From assembly GCA_951406725.2 (NCBI GenBank), contig OX597830.1, forward strand, positions 76,942,001 to 77,006,000: a stretch of DNA of 64,000 nt, in the 5' to 3' direction. The notes beneath the pieces are model-generated. The model did no database searches, was not told where the DNA came from, and saw nothing but the letters and a program-made list of their open reading frames with translations. Position numbers and translations under genes: made by a program. Within the stretch, counting starts at the first letter, position 1; every line of letters begins with the position of its first letter. Positions 29,773 to 43,153 of the stretch are shown piece after piece. The stretch comes from Octopus vulgaris. Lineage: Eukaryota.

Positions 29773-30396
29773 TGAACGCCAATGTTTGGAGCAAAAACTC
29801 GAAGAATTTCCTATTATCGCGTAGCGTTCATGCTGGTTTTCCAAAGAGTAAGAACGTTATTGTCATTGTTTCGGTTTAACCCCAGGTCACACACGATCAA
29901 GAGAGACCCATGATCAAAGGCATTCCTGCAGAGAGCATCTCATCTCGCGACAAAACAACGCAAAAGAAAAGAAAAGTTAGAATGAATTGTAATGTACGAA
30001 GGCGTTTTTAATAATTCGGAAGTTTTGTTTACGTATTTTTTCTTACATTTCTCCAGCTGGCAGATAAGATCCAGGGTTGTACCAGGAGATAAGAGTTGTG
30101 AGCTTTCGTCTAGCCTACTTAGGGTAAATTATTTCCAGAGGAGGGTTACGAACGCTGTTGGGTTCCTTGTTGGGAAAAAATTCCCAGTGCTCAGCCACTG
30201 AGCTCTCAGCAAGTAGTTGACACGTGTGTATCTGTGTATTTGTTGTGTGTTTTGTGAGCTTGTGTGTCTATGTATATTGGTGTATATACCTGTGTAGGGG
30301 TGTGTATATGTGTGGACGCGCACATACACACACACACACGCTTACATACATACACACAGATATATAACTATGTGTATAGATGTATGTATGTATATA

Positions 30397-30568
<172 letters not shown>

Positions 30569-31162
30569 GTGTCTATGAAATCTTTCCGACATCTACAACA
30601 ACAGCATTTAACTAAAGACATGGGAGTAATATATGAGATATGTAGCGTATATTTTGTGAGAATGATTCAAAGATGTGTGTGTTTGCATGTATGCCTATGC
30701 AAGCATCCACACTTTCATACATACATGCATCCATACGCACACAAACGAAATAAATGATAAGAGAGAAAGTAAGAGGGAAATAGAGAAAAAGAAAGAGATT
30801 TCAACAAGTAGGAAGTTTAGTGGTTCATACAAACACGGACTGACGTCTCTTACCAGTTGTTTTTGTTGTTGTTTTGTTTCTTCTTTTGCTCCATTTCTTT
30901 TTCTTCAACCTTTCTTTGTTTGTCTTTGCTTTTCTGATTATTTCTATCTAACTTTGTGTCACCAAATATATCCTGTGACTTCGGCAATGAACCTTTTCAA
31001 GAAACAGAGAGTAGTAGCAAACGTAACGTGCATGACAGCGATTAGCATATTTGCGTTCGGATCAGCCAGAAGGTTACGAGATTAAATATGCAACACTACG
31101 CTGCAGATATTATTGCACACGGTACAAATAATACTTATTATTCGTTGGCAGATGTTAGCACT

Positions 31163-31216
31163 AATCAGTGGACAAACTGTTCGCTGAAATAATAAACTAA
31201 CTCATCAGCTCTGTTT
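31163..31216 (-). ncRNA. Degenerate type I hammerhead ribozyme motif (antisense)
   Basis: Minus strand AAACAGAG-CTGATGA-GTT[13 nt]AGC-GAA-CA gtt TG-TC-CACTGATT. Stem I pairs 6/8; one A of GAAA is missing. Confidence 0.5.
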
Positions 31217-31236
31217 AGGCTCTAAAATACAGGTGT

Positions 31237-31282
31237 TTCTGGCTGACGAGACACACCATGTCGAAACACTGATGTCCCAGAA
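31237..31282 (+). ncRNA. Canonical type I hammerhead ribozyme
   Basis: TTCTGG-CTGACGA-GACA cacca TGTC-GAAA-CA ctga TG-TC-CCAGAA. All core nucleotides present, perfect stems I (6 bp), II (4 bp) and III (3 bp), GUC cleavage triplet. Confidence 0.85.
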
Positions 31283-31414
31283 TCTCTTGCACCAGTGAGT
31301 CGAGTATGTTATAAACACATGGTCGTCATATTAGGAAGCTGTTAGCCTGTGACTTACAGAACACCGATTGGCGCGCGAATCTACCGAGACGTATAAAGAA
31401 TATATGTGCAAGAA

Positions 31415-31508
<94 letters not shown>

Positions 31509-31509
31509 T

Positions 31510-31616
<107 letters not shown>

Positions 31617-31681
31617 GTCGCTATGAGAAGTAGTCTCTTTCATCTTCTCTCGGTATATATATATATATATATATATATATT

Positions 31682-31908
31682 AAGGCGGCGAGCTGGCAGA
31701 AACGTTAGCACTCCAGGCGAAATGCTTAGCGGTATTTCGTCTGCCGTTACGTTCTGAGTTCAAATTCCACCGAGGTTGACTTTGTCTTTCATCCTTTCGG
31801 GGTCGATAAATTAAGTACCAGTTACGCACTGGGCTGGATATAATCGACTTAATCCGTTTGTTTGTCCTCTCTGTGTTTGGCCTCCTGTGGGTAGTTAAGA
31901 AATAGGTA
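31682..31908 (+). mobile_element. Nin/Deu-like tRNA SINE, full length
   Basis: Close match to 52-290. Confidence 0.85.
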
Positions 31909-32056
31909 TATATATTACATATATACATCATTGAATATACGTACATTCATATATACATATATATATATTGTAAATATGTACGAGCATATATATATATAGA
32001 GAGAGGGAGAGAGAAAGTAATAAAGAAGGGAATATAATAGAAAGAAAGAGAGAAAT

Positions 32057-32097
<41 letters not shown>

Positions 32098-32829
32098 ATG
32101 AATGAATGAAATAAAGAAAGAAAGAATGAAAAGAAGAAAGAAATAGTAAAAATAATGAGGGCAGAAAAAAAAGAATTTACATGTTCAGCATGAAGATAAC
32201 ACATCATAACATAACTTTGAGAGAAAAAAAACAAGATAAGAAAAAAAAAACGAACCCATATGGATAATTTAAGATGAAGGACTAGGGAATAGGAGATGAA
32301 GGAAGAGAATGAGTAGGTTAAAGAATATTCAGATGTTTCGAATGATATTCTTCGTGTCACAGCTTCATTCCAGCTGCTATTAAAATCAAAGATAAGTGCC
32401 GTTGTCTTTGATACAAGTGGATTAATACAACGTAAAATCCGTCAAATTCTCAAGAATGTATCGTTGCTGCAAGAAGTTATATTCGCTGTTGCTGCTTCCT
32501 TTGCCAAAATTTGCCCTATGTATTCTATAAAAATTTATTTTTTTTGTGCAAATATTCATGTGTTATTCTGTTGTGTAAATGATTGGAAGGTTGTGAAGGC
32601 TACAATACATCTGAGATGATAAATAAAGGTAAGTAAAAATACGATTAGAGATGAGAAGTCTCTCTTACGTGAATTACGTATCATACTTATCCATTTTACG
32701 GCGGATCGATAAGTTTTTACAGATATAATAAAATCTACTGAATGATCTAAAAGAAAAAGAAAGGTTTCATGTTCTCTCTCGTATGTGCGTGAAAATTACA
32801 TATACTTATACACACATCTGTCTATCTGT

Positions 32830-32902
<73 letters not shown>

Positions 32903-32911
32903 GAGATAGAT

Positions 32912-33258
32912 ATGTTTCTTTATTAGACACACAGAGCTGAACACAGACGGGAGAAACTACAAAGTAAAGCTTTTCTTTTTGGGGAAAAGAAAAAGGAAAA
33001 AAGGGGGGGGTCGATCAAAGGGGTTCGCAAAAAGGAAAAAAAACGATCAATAGGGATCGTGTATCACAAAAATGTCATGATGTAAAGTGTAAAGTGGGAA
33101 ACAGATAAGGCTTATCCGTGGAAAGAAAAGCTTACGGAAAAGACCACGGTAACCTCGGTCAATAATGTCACATGTTAACACATTTATTTGCAAGTAAGTA
33201 ACTCTCTGTTTTAAACTTTTTCGGGTTCATAGGATTACGCTCAAGGTGGCTTCGTCAT
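32912..33258 (-). mobile_element. Probable LINE 3' end inserted in (GATA)n
   Basis: Unique segment bracketed by GATA tracts; the minus strand ends ...AATAAAGAAACATA-(TCTA)n. Same microsatellite context as the Tx1-like fragment at 41123-41773. Confidence 0.5.
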
Positions 33259-33260
33259 TT

Positions 33261-33325
<65 letters not shown>

Positions 33326-33794
33326 TATAGATAGATAGATAGATAGATAGATAGATTATATTAATAGTTATATACTTATTATGTAGTTCTTATATTAATG
33401 TTTTATATAGCGACTTACAGGTTAATTTCAGGCAGTTACTCATTGACCTCACTCTGGTCTAACAGGTGTATGGGGTGTTGTGTAGAGTAATCCAGCTTTG
33501 ACCAATCCGCCTTTTATTCAAATAGATTACATCTAGGACTGCATTGTCAAATGCGATCGTTATTCTTAAAAACAACAACAAAAATCAGTAAGGTGTGATA
33601 AAAGAAAGGTTACACACACAAAAACACATACACACACATACACACACACATGTATGTAAATGTATACATACATATACATGTCTATGTCGTGTGTGTGAAT
33701 TTTCCGTTCGTTCCACACACACATAAACACACACACACACGCATGCACACGCACGCGCGCACATACATTTATAAATGTATGTACATAATATATA

Positions 33795-34275
33795 CTCCTT
33801 ACTCTTTACTCTTTTACTTGTTTCAGTCATTTGACTGAGGCCATGCTGGAGTACCGCCTTTAATCGAGCAACCCGACCCCGGGACTTATTCTTTTGTAAG
33901 CCCAGTACTTATTCTATCGGTCTCTTTTGCCGAACCGCTAAGTAACGGGGATATAAACACACCAGCATCGGTTGTCAAGCAATGCTAGGGGGACAAACGC
34001 ACACACGCATATATATATATATATATATATAGGTTAATCCAAACGGGAAAACAGAAAAAACAACAACACGTGGAACAATTACAGTATTATTATTATTAGG
34101 CGCTCAGGAAAATGGAAGAAGGAGATAGACATGACGGGCTTCTTTCAGTTTCCGTCTACCAAATCCACTCACAAGGCTTTGGTCGGCCCGAGGCTATAGT
34201 AGAAGACACTTGCCCAAGGTGCCACGCAGTGGGACTGAACCCGAAACCATGTGGTTGGTAAACAAGCTACTTATA
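33795..34275 (-). mobile_element. Microsatellite-containing tRNA SINE with a foreign ~100-bp insert in its (TA)n
   Basis: Both SINE halves present; insert 34031-34130 matches 61768-61850(-) and 2428-2492. Confidence 0.8.
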
Positions 34276-34597
34276 TACGTATATTCCTCTGATAAGCACT
34301 TGCATGTTTAATTCACTGCCTTTTCAGGTGTATATTTATTTTTCCCATAATTTCACACTTCACCTGTTCGCTAAAGCTTGTGTGTTTACTTTGTATATTT
34401 GCGACACACCCTAAACATCACAGCAATAGGGCGGAGTAAAATATATATGCAAAACATTTTGTTAAACAGATAAGCATCTAGTTAGAAAATCATTTCATAT
34501 ATAAATATGTGTGTCTTAGTGTGCGTGTGTGTGTATTTGTGTGTGCGTGTATGCGTGTGTGTGTTGACGTGCGTATGTATGTGTATGTATATATATA

Positions 34598-36208
34598 CAG
34601 TTGCGGCCAAAATGTTCCGAACGGCATTGTTTTCGCCAGAAAAGTAGATATAAGTTTTTATCAAAGTTGTTTTATGTTCTATAATTTTCACAGACAATAA
34701 ATACGATATTAATTGTTATTGTCCGAGATTTTGGTGTAATTTAAGAGGATGATACAAAAGTTATGGATGATTTAGGGATTTACTGCAAAACCCATTGCGG
34801 CCAAAATGATCAGAACGGTTGAAACAATAACAAAATAATCAAAAATGACTGAGAATACTGGAATTATTTAATATTTAGTGTGAAGCCCTTTAGCTTCAAT
34901 CACACTTTGACATCTTCGACTGCATGAGGAAATTAAATTTTCAGTTTCTTGCTAGGTAATCTTAATCCCATCTTCCTGAAGGGCATTCCATAATTGCTCG
35001 GTTGTTTTAGGATTTCTGGCTTTCAAACGTTCTCCTAGAATATTCCACACATTTTCAATTGGATTGGGATCTGGGCTTTGAGCAGGCCAATCATAATAAT
35101 AACCTTTTCAGCCTTGAGGAAGTTCATGACCACCTTAGCCTTGTGACACGGGGCATTGCCCTGCATGAATATGGGTGGTCGCTTAGTTGAATTTCTCAGC
35201 ACAGGCAAGACATGAAATTTTACAAGTTGTTTATAAACTCCTGCATTTACCTTTCCATATAATCGCACCAAAGGGCCCACACCATCTCCAGATATCATCT
35301 CCCAAACCATGACACTTCCTCCACCGAATTTAACTCTAGTCTTAAGGCATTTAGGCGACATTTTTTCACCTACTTTTCTACGAACTGTGCCAAATAACAT
35401 AAACTTAGATTCATCACTGATATGCACCGTTTGCCATTTTTCTTGAGACCACAACACATGTTCGGTTGCAAAGGTAAGACGACGCTTTTTATTTTTGGAG
35501 CTGATCAGTGGCTTCACTGCAGGTGATCTTGCTTGTAGGTTATGTTCAACTAAACGATGAGACAGTTTTTCGAGATAACGTTTTCTTCAGTACAATGCTC
35601 ATTTCCCGAGAAACAGCAGCAGCAGTTTTAAATCTGTCCTTTTTAACCAATTTTACCATAGCACGATCTTCTCTCTTGGTCGTTTTTCTTGGCCTACCTG
35701 TAGACTTTCTTGATTCACATGAACCACAATCATCGAAGACATTAAGAATAACGTGAACAACACTTTTTGACTTGTTAACAATCTTTGCAATAGACCCAAT
35801 ACTTAAATTATCCTTCTTTCGAATCTTAATAATCTGCCGACGAATTGGTAACGGAGTAAGTGGCATTATATTAACAAAGTACACTACATATATTCTTACT
35901 AATGTTTAGTAAACGAACAATCACGTAAACAAATTCAAAACATTAGAGTTCGCCATTTAAATATACTAAAACACGGAGTAAAAGAAACCGTCCTGATCAT
36001 TTTGGCCGCCATGGGTTTTGCAGTAAATCACTAAATCATCCATAACTTTTGTATTATCCTCTCAAATTACACCAAAATCTCAGACAATAACAATTAATAT
36101 CGTATTTATTGTGTATGAAAATTATAGAATATAAAACAACTTTGATAAAAAATTATATCTACTTTTCTGTCGAAAACAATGCCGTTCTGAACATTTTGGC
36201 CGCAACTG
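34598..36208 (-). mobile_element. Full-length, decayed Tc1-like transposon with ~225-bp IR/DR TIRs
   Basis: TA|CAGTTGCGGCCAAAATG...CATTTTGGCCGCAACTG|TA with an inner GCGGCCAAAATG repeat in each TIR. ORFs 35546-35884 (paired-like HTH, GRPRKTT) and 35035-35517 (SDESKF, KFGGGSVMVW, QGNAPCH with catalytic D>G); frameshifted. Confidence 0.95.
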
Positions 36209-36258
36209 TATATATGTATATATGTGTATGTATATATATATATGTGTGTGTGTGTGTG

Positions 36259-36300
<42 letters not shown>

Positions 36301-36501
36301 CCGACGACCGCTCGGTTCAAAGTCTCTCTTGACCACAAGTGGCCTGAACTGTTTACATGAACATCACCCTGTACATAACTCCATGTCCGCCTACATAGCC
36401 TTGCTTTTCGTTAATTGAGCCAAATAATTAACTAACTAACTAAATAACTAACATGTATGTATGTATGTATGTATGTATGTATGTATGTATGTATGTATGT
36501 A

Positions 36502-36573
<72 letters not shown>

Positions 36574-36861
36574 TATATATATATACACATATATATATAT
36601 ACTCATATATACAGTGTATATGTTTCGGTTAGTATTATCATTCCTTGTTACTTTTTTGCTGCCTGGGGTTGAAATTAGGTGATGCGTTGTTTTTTGTTTT
36701 GTTTTATCTTTTTGTGCTGTTCGTGTTGTTATGCTTTATTTATTTGTTTTATTTTATTTGGTTAATTTCTTCGAATTCTTTTCTGATGTTATTTTTTTTG
36801 TTGTTTTTCTGGTGTAATTTTTCATTTCCATACACCAAACATCTTGTTTATATATATATTA

Positions 36862-38138
36862 CTAGCATTAAAGACCCGTCGTTGCCGGGTCATAGTGCTA
36901 GTGCGTGTATATATGTGTATATATATATCTGTGTACATATTACATGTAGATCTATATATATATACATCTACACATAAAATACAAAATACAAAGTTATATA
37001 TTGATATCACTAGTGATAACAATAGTCAAAATATATAACAGACTGGAATTGTTAGCCCGTCTCTTGTAATTTCGATCAATTGTATCTTGTCCTCCCTCTT
37101 GTATAGATGTGTGGCTACAATCCAGCCTACCTCTACTTCTGGGGAGGGGGGGGGCATTTAAAATTTTTCCGGGACGTCCTACGTCCATGATATAAAGGTA
37201 AGATTATACTATATTTCCATTTGCAAGTTCGAGTCGAGTACTCCCTTGCATGCTCCGTTGACTCGAACCTTGCTTCTATTGTGGCGAATTTACCTTTCAT
37301 AGTCGCACCAAGACACTTTTCAAAGGAGCTTTCCTCCATGTGTTCAAATCTTCTTTTTTCTCTACATTGTATACTTTATAGACAATAGTCTTTTCTTTAA
37401 TTTAATTTTATCCATCTGGACCATTCCATTTCTGCACGCTAATTTTATTTTTAATTTATTCCCATTCATGTGAAACCACTTATTCAAGTTCAAGTCATTG
37501 ATGCAATTTTATACCAATTGCTATATTTTCACTTTTGTTATGTTACGATAATATTATACTTTAGTTTGATTTTAATTATTACTTACTACATATAATTCAA
37601 TTATATGTAGTAACCAATTTTATACCAATTACTATTTTTACTTTTTTTTATGTTACGATTATAATATACTTTAGTTTGATTTTAATTATTACTTACTACA
37701 TATAATTCAAATGTTATAATTATTTCTATGGTTAAAGTGAAAGTATCTGACATAAAATAGAGAGAAATTTTTGTTTCACTTTTAACACGTAATACTGAAA
37801 TAGTGGAGAAGATATGATATTGCTATGGGCTCGCTCTAGGCAAGAAGTTGAACATTTTTTTTGCCCATGAAACTACATGGACCCTAAGTAAGGCATGTGT
37901 AAAATTTGAATGACATTGGTTTTGTAGTTATCAAGTTTTAGGGAATCGTGGTGGAGAAGATATGATATTGCTGTGGGCTCGCCCTAGGCAAAAAGTTAAA
38001 AGTTTTTTTTGCCGACGACACTCCCCGGACCCTATGTAAGATATATGTAAAATTTGAATGAAATTGGTTGTGTAGATCTCAAGTTTTAGGGAAACACAGA
38101 CAGACAAACACACATTCTCAGTTTTATATATATAAAGA
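36862..38138 (-). mobile_element. Non-autonomous Helitron-like element (possibly composite)
   Basis: Minus strand starts A|TCTTTATATATATAAAA at 38138 and ends with the hairpin ACCCG-GCAACGA-CGGGT, 8 nt, CTAG|T at 36862. Internal ~110-bp and ~150-bp tandem duplications. Confidence 0.6.
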
Positions 38139-38146
38139 TATATAAA

Positions 38147-41122
38147 AAGAGATCGAAGAGGGTGCCGAAAGAGATCAAAGAGGGGTGCCGACAAAGATCA
38201 AAGAGGGATGCCGACGAAGATCAAAGAGGGTGACGAAAGAGATCAAAGAGGGATGCCGACAAAGATCAAAGAGGGGTGCCGAAAGAGATCAAAGAGGGGT
38301 GCCGACAAAGATCAAAGAGGGATGCCGACAAAGATCAAAGAGGGTGCCGAAAGAGATCAAAGAGGGGTGCCGACAAAGATCAAAGAGGGTGCCGAAAGAG
38401 ATCAAAGAGGGGTGCCGACAAAGATCAAAGAGGGGTGCCGAAAGATATCAAAGAGGGGTGCCGACAAAGATCAAAGAGGGATGCCGACAAAGATCAAAGA
38501 GGGTGCCGAAAAGGATCAAAGAGGGTGCCGATAAAGATCAAAGAGGGGTGCCGACAAAGATCAAAGAGGGGTGCCGACAAAGATCAAAGAGGGGTGCCGA
38601 AAGATATCAAAGAGGGGTGCCGACAAAGATCAAAGAGGGATGCCGACAAAGATCAAAGAGGGTGCCGAAAGAGATCAAAGAGGGGTGCCGACAAAGATCA
38701 AAGAGGGGTGCCGAAAGATATCAAAGAGGTGTGCCGACAAAGATCAAAGAGGGATGCCGACAAAGATCAAAGAGGGTGCCGAAAAGGATCAAAGAGGGGT
38801 GCCGATAAAGATCAAAGAGGGGTGCCGACAAAGATCAAAGAGGGGTGCCGATAAAGATCAAAGAGGGTGCCGAAAGAGATCAAATATTGGTGTCGACAAA
38901 GATCAAAGAGGGATGCCGACGAAGATCAAAGAGGGTGCCGAAAGAGATCAAAGAGGGATGCCGACAAAGATCAAAGAGGGTGCCGACAAAGATCAAAGAG
39001 GGATGCCGACAAAGATCAAAGAGGGGTGCCGACAAAGATCAAAGAGGGGTGCCGACAAAGATCAAAGAGGGGTGCCGACAAAGATCAAAGAGGGGTGCCG
39101 ATAAAGATCAAAGAGGGTGCCGAAAGAGATCAAATATTGGTGTCGACAAAGATCAAAGAGGGGTGCCGATAAAGATCAAAGAGGGTGCCGAAAGAGATCA
39201 AAGAGAGATGCCGACAAAGATCAAAGAGGGTGCCGACAAAGATCAAAGAGGGGTGCCGACAAAGATCAAAGAGGGATGCCGACAAAGATCAAAGAGGGGT
39301 GCCGAAAGAGATCAAAGAGGGTGCCGAAAGAGATCAAAGAGGGGTGCCGACAAAGATCAAAGAGGGGTGCCGAAAGAGATCAAAGAGGGGTGCCGACAAA
39401 GATCAAAGAGGGGTGCCGAAAGATATCAAAGAGGGATGCCGACAAAGATCAAAGAGGGATGCCGACAAAGATCAAAGAGGGTGCCGAAAGAGATCAAAGA
39501 GAGATGCCGACAAAGATCAAAGATCAAAGAGGGTGCCGACAAAGATCAAAGAGGGGTGCCGAAAGAGATCAAAGAGGGTGCCGACAAAGATCAAAGAGGG
39601 TGCCGAAAGAGATCAAAGAGGGGTGCCGACAAAGATCAAAGAGGGGTGCCGAAAGAGATCAAAGAGGGGTGCCGACAAAGATCAAAGAGGGGTGCCGATA
39701 AAGATCAAAGAGGGTGCCGAAAGAGATCAAAGAGGGGTGCCGACAAAGATCAAAGAGGGATGCCGAAAAAGATCAAAGAGGGGTGCCGACAAAGATCAAA
39801 GAGGGGTGCCGAAAAAGATCAAAGAGGGATGCCGACAAAGATCAAAGAGGGGTGCCGAAAAGATCAAAGAGGGTGCCGAAAGAGATCAAAGAGGGGTGCC
39901 GACAAAGATCAAAGAGGGGTGCCGAAAGAGATCAAAGAGGGTGCCGAAAAGATCAAAGAGGGTGCCGACAAAGATCAAAGAGGGGTGCCGACAAAGATCA
40001 AAGAGGGATGCCGACAAAGATCAAAGAGGGTGCCGAAAGAGATCAAAGAGGGGTGCCGACAAAGATCAAAGAGGGGTGCCGACAAAGATCAAAGAGGGAT
40101 GCCGACAAAGATCAAAGAGGGATGCCGACAAAGATCAAAGAGGGTGCCGAAAGAGATCAAAGAGGGTGCCGAAAGAGATCAAAGAGGGGTGCCGACAAAG
40201 ATCAAAGAGGGATGCCGACAAAGATCAAAGAGGGGTGCCGAAAGAGATCAAAGAGGGTGCCGAAAGAGATCAAAGAGGGGTGCCGACAAAGATCAAAGAG
40301 GGTGCCGAAAGAGATCAAAGAGGGTGCCGAAAGAGATCAAAGAGGGTGCCGACAAAGATCAAAGAGGGATGCCGACAAAGATCAAAGAGGGATGCCGACA
40401 AAGATCAAAGAGGGGTGCCGAAAGAGATCAAAGAGGGTGCCGAAAGAGATCAAAGAGGGGTGCCGACAAAGATCAAAGAGGGGTGCCGAAAGAGATCAAA
40501 GAGGGTGCCGAAAGAGATCAAAGAGGGGTGCCGACAAAGATCAAAGAGGGATGCCGACAAAGATCAAAGAGGGATGCCGACAAAGATCAAAGAGGGGTGC
40601 CGAAAGAGATCAAAGAGGGTGCCGAAAGAGATCAAAGAGGGTGCCGAAAGAGATCAAAGAGGGGTGCCGACAAAGATCAAAGAGGGATGCCGACAAAGAT
40701 CAAAGAGGGTGCCGAAAGAGATCAAAGAGGGGTGCCGAAAAGATCAAGAGGTGCCGACAAAGATCAAAGAGGGTGCCGAAAGATCAAAGAGGTGCCGAAA
40801 GAGAAAGAGGGTGCCGACAAAGATCAAAGAGGGATGCCGACAAAGATCAAAGAGGATGCCGACAAAGATCAAAGAGGTGCCGAAAGAGATCAAGGGTGCC
40901 GAAAAGATCAAAGAGGGTGCCGACAAAGATCAAAGAGGGCAGTGCCGACAAAGATGAAAGAGGTGCCGAAAAAAGATCGAAGAGGGTGCCGACAAAGATC
41001 AAAGAGGGGTGCCGAAAGATCGATCAAAGAGAGGGTGCCGACAAAGATCAAGAGGATGCCACAAAGATCAAAGAGGGATGCCGACAAAGATCAAAGAGGG
41101 TGCCGAAAGAGATCAAAGAGGA
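38147..41122. repeat. Minisatellite/satellite, 22-23-bp unit GCCGA(CAA/AAG)AGATCAAAGAGGG(G/A)T, roughly 130 copies
   Basis: Direct observation; homogeneous except for the last ~400 bp. Confidence 0.97.
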
Positions 41123-41773
41123 TGCGTGTCTGCGTATCATAAACCACGGCATGCCCAGTGCTCCTTTTAACGGGTGTTAACAGCAAATAGATCGCCTGTC
41201 CATCGGGACGCATCCTTTTCACATGAAGCGAAAGAGAATGCGTCCTAGTTTGGTGATGGTAGGGTCGGGACAAGGCACGATGGTCAGGCGGTAGTAGATG
41301 ACGGATTCGATGTATGTGTTCGCCACCTCTACGTGACCTTTGAGGGACAGTTTCCTCTCGGCCCATTGCCGGGCGAGGGTGACCACCCTACTCGTTATCT
41401 CGTTCCAGTTCTTCTCCATTTGGAGGTCCGGACCGAACCAGACCCCGAGCATCCCACAACAGAGTGACAAAACTGCTTGCAGCTGACCAAAAGGACACTC
41501 GGGCTTTAGTTTGCACAAGATCTTTTTGATTGTTTTGAGAACGATGAAAAGAGTTTGAAAACTTTGCGTAGGTTTTTGAGCAGGTATGGGCTTGCTTCTC
41601 CAGGTGCCGAGTCGCAAGCCCACTGACTTATCCCGGTTGATTTTCGCTCCTGTCACCACTTCGTAGTTTTTCAGTGTCTCGCCGAACTGCTCGATGTGCT
41701 CGTGGCTAGACACTATGACGGTGACGTCGTCCGCGTATGCAGACACGCTCGTCCCGTATCCCATTTCTCGCGG
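41123..41773 (-). pseudogene. Tx1/L1-like LINE RT C-terminal fragment next to (GATA)n
   Basis: ORF 41219-41764: [34 protein letters not shown], and a following GALG motif. Confidence 0.85.
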
Positions 41774-42072
<299 letters not shown>

Positions 42073-42267
42073 ATAGGAGCAAAGATGGACGAACATATAG
42101 ATACAGATGTAGATATTGATAGATAATGGGTGTGTTTTACTTCCATCATACCAATTAGAATGATAACATAATTGAGTGCGTTGAGCTGAGAGGGAATGTG
42201 TATGAATGCATGTAAACACCTGTGAGCTTTTATGCGCATATGTATATATATATATATATACATATAA

Positions 42268-42344
<77 letters not shown>

Positions 42345-42415
42345 CATATATGCATATATACACATTTATATAAACTTAGCAATATATGGCTATATTCATA
42401 TATATCACAATATTC

Positions 42416-42460
<45 letters not shown>

Positions 42461-42461
<1 letters not shown>

Positions 42462-42548
42462 GGCGCAGGAGTGGCTGTGTGGTAAGTAGCTTGCTTAACA
42501 ACCACCTGGTTCCGGGTTCAGTCCCACTGCGTTGCATCTTGTGAGTGG

Positions 42549-42585
<37 letters not shown>

Positions 42586-42810
42586 TATATGTGTGTGTGT
42601 GTGTGAGTGTGTGTGTATGTGCGTTATTATGTTTGTGCGTATGTTTGTCCCCCGATGCTGGTGCGTTTACGTCCCCGTCACTTAGCGGTTCGGCAAAAGA
42701 GACCGATAGAATAAGTACTGGGCTTACAAAGTATAAGTCCCGGGGTCGAGTTGCTCGATTAAATGCGGTGCTCCAGCATAGCCGCAGTGAAATGACTGAA
42801 ACAAGTAAAT
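42461..42810 (+). mobile_element. Microsatellite-containing tRNA SINE (internally deleted)
   Basis: GGCGCAGGAGTGGCTGTGTGGTAAG head and conserved 3' half. Confidence 0.85.
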
Positions 42811-42812
42811 AA

Positions 42813-42849
<37 letters not shown>

Positions 42850-42851
<2 letters not shown>

Positions 42852-43153
42852 GGAGTAAACACATAAATGTGAAACAAGGTGGAAAAAAGAGTACTCAAAT
42901 ACCAGTGGTAGAGTAATATGCTTTATTTTAAGCAGCAGAAAATTCAACAAAATCTGTTACTCTGAGTTTCTCGTTGCCGTTCATCAGACAGTTTTTGCTA
43001 GATTCTAGCAAAAACTGTCTGATGAACGGCAACGAGAAACTCAGAGTACAGATTTTGTTGAATTTTCTGCTGCTTAAAATAAAGCATATTACTCTACCAC
43101 TGGTATTTGAGTACTCTTTTTTCCACCTTGTTTCACATTTATGTGTTTACTCC

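Noticed and set aside
32340-32620. Possible host exon or Helitron helicase relic
   Set aside because: Stops in the candidate frame and no motif I can identify with confidence.
38147-41122. CRISPR-like array
   Set aside because: Repeats are directly adjacent with no unique spacers, there are no cas genes, and the context is eukaryotic.
38185-41180. Long ORFs (up to 765 aa) of KIKEG/RSKR/KDQRG repeats
   Set aside because: All three plus frames are open because the 23-bp unit has no stop codon; 22/23-bp length variants shift frame freely, so there is no coding constraint.
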